Source of the DNA: Azolla caroliniana
Lineage: Eukaryota > Plantae > Polypodiophyta
NCBI GenBank assembly: GCA_043228905.1
Contig: JBHGNT010000003.1
Coordinates: 17,360,001-17,424,000 of the forward strand
DNA length: 64,000 bases
Direction of reading: 5' to 3'
How positions within the stretch are numbered: position 1 is the stretch's first letter; each line of letters opens with the position of its first letter. Made by a program: the position numbers and the translations under genes. Below, piece by piece: positions 63,645 to 64,000 of the stretch. A model generated the notes under the pieces. That model had not been told where the DNA came from. It worked only from the letters and a program-made list of their open reading frames with translations, and made no database searches.

Positions 63645-64000
63645 TGTTGAGAGACAAGCTCAACATCGGCCGGATCGGCTGAAGAAGCCGAGGACCGGAT
63701 CGGTTGGGACCGATCGGTTAGGTCGAATGCGTAAACCGGTACGTAGACCGGTTCGTAGGTAGGGCCGGATCGGTGCGTAAACCGGGAGGCCGTTAGGAAA
63801 GATATTCCGTGAGGAATATATTTGGGAGTTAGTGTAGGAGCTCTTAATGAGCATTGAAGTACTGTTAGTACTTCTGTCAGTCCTTCTCGGACTTGTATAA
63901 AAGTGTTCATTGAACACACATATGTATAGAGTATGGTGAATAGAGATTGTGTACCTTTTTTTTTAATATAGTTCTTGTTTTCCTCTCTCACTCTCTCTGT
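63645..64000 (+). repeat. Copia F-family LTR (runs off the window)
   Basis: Near-identical to the start of 36619-37066 and 41948-42407; inserted into the RT of element I. Confidence 0.93.

Overview
Eukaryotic, plant-type genomic DNA. The retroelement content (Tcn1/Tf1-like chromovirus, tRNA-Trp-primed non-chromoviral gypsy) suggests a non-seed plant such as a fern or lycophyte, but this is inference. One intact host gene is present: a 5-exon GT8 glycosyltransferase (PGSIP7/8-like, minus strand, 25959-28784, about 507 aa). It is flanked by two deep nests of LTR retrotransposons (about 1-23.6 kb and 36.6-64 kb) whose LTRs, PBS, PPT and target-site duplications could mostly be resolved by eye. 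There are also two hAT-type non-autonomous elements, solo LTRs and a heavily decayed ZNFX1/UPF1-like helicase relic. The most notable observations are: (1) a tandem array upstream of the host gene whose monomer resembles the catalytic core of U6 snRNA; (2) a chromovirus with a Tf1-type self-priming site instead of a tRNA PBS; (3) Trp-primed gypsy elements with 4-bp, CG-centred target sites; (4) a copia family with two PPTs bracketing an in-frame C-terminal Pol extension; (5) several aberrant or minimal LTR structures. All alignments were done by hand and reference RNA sequences were recalled from memory; no database searches were run.
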